From positions 1,248,001 through 1,312,000 of the forward strand of contig CAWKDB010000010.1 in assembly GCA_963848295.1 (NCBI GenBank): a stretch of DNA of 64,000 bases. Direction: 5' to 3'. The DNA is from an uncultured delta proteobacterium (GTDB lineage: Bacteria > Myxococcota_A > Polyangia > Haliangiales > Haliangiaceae). Shown here in pieces: positions 63,101-64,000 of the stretch (positions are counted from its first letter, which is position 1; every line of letters begins with the position of its first letter). Below the pieces are notes generated by a model. The model was given only the letters and a program-made list of their open reading frames with translations, was not told the DNA's origin and ran no database searches. A program made the translations under genes and the position numbers.

Positions 63101-63775
63101 ATCGGTCGTCCGGCGCGTGCCGCTCGAGTCATCGAGCGGGAACGTGTCGAAGTCGACCGGGCCCTTGGTCAGACCTTCCATGTCAGCGGCGATGTCGAGG
63201 TTGCGTAGCAAGCCGGGCTGGCCACCCGAGCCGACGATCGACGTCGCGCCGCCCATCAGGAACCGCAGCTCGCCCCAGTGAATCTGATCGGCGGTCGCGC
63301 CACCCTTCGACGGAATCTTCGTGTGACCGTCGAGGCCCTCGCGCCACTGCTGACGATCGTCGTAGCGCTCGCCGCTGTCGGTGTACGGCAGATCCTGCGT
63401 GTACGTGATGTGATCGTGCGTGTTGATCAGGCCCGGGGAGATCGAAGCGTCGGGACATGACAGCGTCGTCTCGCCACCGGTCGCGCAGCCGCAGCCGACG
63501 CACGAGATCTGGCCGGTCGCATCGAACGCGACCTGACCGCCGTGATAGACGGTCGTCGGCGTCAGCACCGTGCCCTTGATGATCGTCGACGTGCTGCCCG
63601 GGGTGAGATCGCACGTGCCGGTCGTCGCGGGCGGCAACACCTCGCACGTGACATCGGTCTGCGCGGCGTCCGCGGTGCCGGCGTCGATCGCTGCGTCGGA
63701 GTTGTTGTGGCTCTTGCCGCCACACGCGGCGACGAGGATCGAGATCGAGATCGAAGCGGCGGCAGCGCGAAGCAT
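60149..63775 (-). CDS. Secreted amidohydrolase with TSP3 repeats, OB-fold-like, Ig-like and lamin-tail domains
   Basis: [30 protein letters not shown] repeats; [35 protein letters not shown]. Confidence 0.88.
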   Translation of the reverse strand: MLRAAAASISISILVAACGGKSHNNSDAAIDAGTADAAQTDVTCEVLPPATTGTCDLTPGSTSTIIKGTVLTPTTVYHGGQVAFDATGQISCVGCGCATGGETTLSCPDASISPGLINTHDHITYTQDLPYTDSGERYDDRQQWREGLDGHTKIPSKGGATADQIHWGELRFLMGGATSIVGSGGQPGLLRNLDIAADMEGLTKGPVDFDTFPLDDSSGTRRTTDCNYGGTPTTAASLADVDAYEPHTAEGVDTTAHNEFLCESSTTYDSTAPGVSDDLVLSKTAIIHGVGLNPADYGAMAAAGTGLIWSPRSNLTLYGDTARVTVAARLGINIALGTDWMPSGSMNLLRELTCADSFNQTRLGSYFSDEQLWQMVTANAAAITKMDDTIGLLAKGKTADITIFAAHGKAPYRAVIEAQPADVVLVLRGGKALYGDANLLGTLSTGCDTLDVCGTSKQVCLTSEVGKNLAALTTSVGASIYPTFSCDATPANEPSCTPKRPTAVNGSSVYDGTTSATDSDGDGVPDATDNCPSVFNPIRPMDNGVQGDADGDGVGDACDPCPLDANTTSCTPVDPNDRDHDGIANSVDNCPDVANPDQTDTDGDGKGDACDACPTVANPGNQGCPETIYAIKSAMVSVGTVVVVQNAIVTGVGTNGFFAQVKAGDTGYTGSDNSGIFVYCGTGAPTLANATIGARVDIAGSVDVFGGETELDAVTAVTVDAVGPEAAPDPVAVSYTDATTGGTRAAALEGVIVSLGGSTVTAFNAATGDATLTDAGSATTILMNDLLYAANPTVGQNYATVTGILAERSSQSKIEPRNAADLVLGAPGLAAMTPAVSFAKVGMTIDLPTYPTPLTVNLTGPAQGATVVNLMSSDGTKLTVANVTIPDGATSAPVPVTAVAQSAAVTITAQLATGGGMQTATVQVLGAAQLPTAITLTPSDTAVAVGGTVPFVVSLDVPAAVATTIALGVAPASGTFTPTSVLIAANQISGTFTYTDTAASGSATITASSAGLTSGTATVTVSTGADHLVINEVDYDQIGTDTAEFIEIYNPSATTKSLATTVIMLVNGADSTVYSTVDLSSVGSIPSHGYLVVAGSMVNVMAPAVKYDPGWTSNEVQNGSPDGIALVDTSGPTVIDALSYEGSITMAQLTGFATPVSLVEGTALATSVADSNTVTGSLCRQPNGQDTDNANADWIFCTVPTPGTANTP

Positions 63776-64000
63776 AGGGCGCGCAAGCTATCACCAGGGG
63801 AACAACGCCCCAACGGAAATCGATCCTCGTTTCAATCCGCGGCGTCGGTCGCGGGCGTCGGCGTAACGTGTTGCGGAGTCACAGCAATCGCGACCGCAAC
63901 CGGGATCGGACGCGGCGGCTGCGGTGGTCCTGTCACATCGCCGCCACGTCCGCGGTCCCGGGCGCGCTTCACGGTCTCGCTCGCGGTGACCAGGATGAGC

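Noticed and set aside
63870..63900. GTTGCGG-N17-CCGCAAC inverted repeat upstream of the amidohydrolase
   Set aside because: Only 7-bp arms and context truncated by the window edge; chance cannot be excluded

Overview
A GC-rich bacterial chromosomal segment. Gene content (PP2C phosphatase, FHA-GGDEF, Hanks kinase, many Cys-rich lipoproteins, sigma54 promoters) suggests Myxococcota, probably Haliangium/Kofleria-like (inference). Housekeeping and metabolic genes include cinA-thpR-recA, fur, xseB-ispA, bfd-bfr, gdhA, an RsmB-family methyltransferase, acyP, rpmE-prfA, TetR(FadR-like)-etfB-etfA, MoxR-DUF58-transglutaminase, an M16 peptidase and pckA. These are interspersed with secreted or lipoprotein genes of unknown function and two type II toxin-antitoxin pairs. 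Structure read directly from the DNA: (i) a 2312-bp IS with a very large DDE transposase, 15-bp CAGA inverted ends and a 6-bp GTGCAC duplication, inserted in a palindrome inside a decayed gene; (ii) a fixed-length 24-bp repeat family GGGGACG..GTCAAC occurring in intergenic pairs; (iii) a 60-bp MITE-like element with an 8-bp duplication; (iv) a double-hairpin element inserted in frame in cinA; (v) a pervasive leaderless architecture, with TAnnnT 5-9 nt before start codons and sigma54 promoters 14-15 nt before ATG; (vi) a probable polyprotein joining a CFI-box-anchored surface protein to an outer-membrane barrel through an internal signal peptide; (vii) candidate LexA, Fur and FadR operators. 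No rRNA, tRNA or CRISPR-cas was recognised. All family assignments come from motif recognition by eye, not from database searches.
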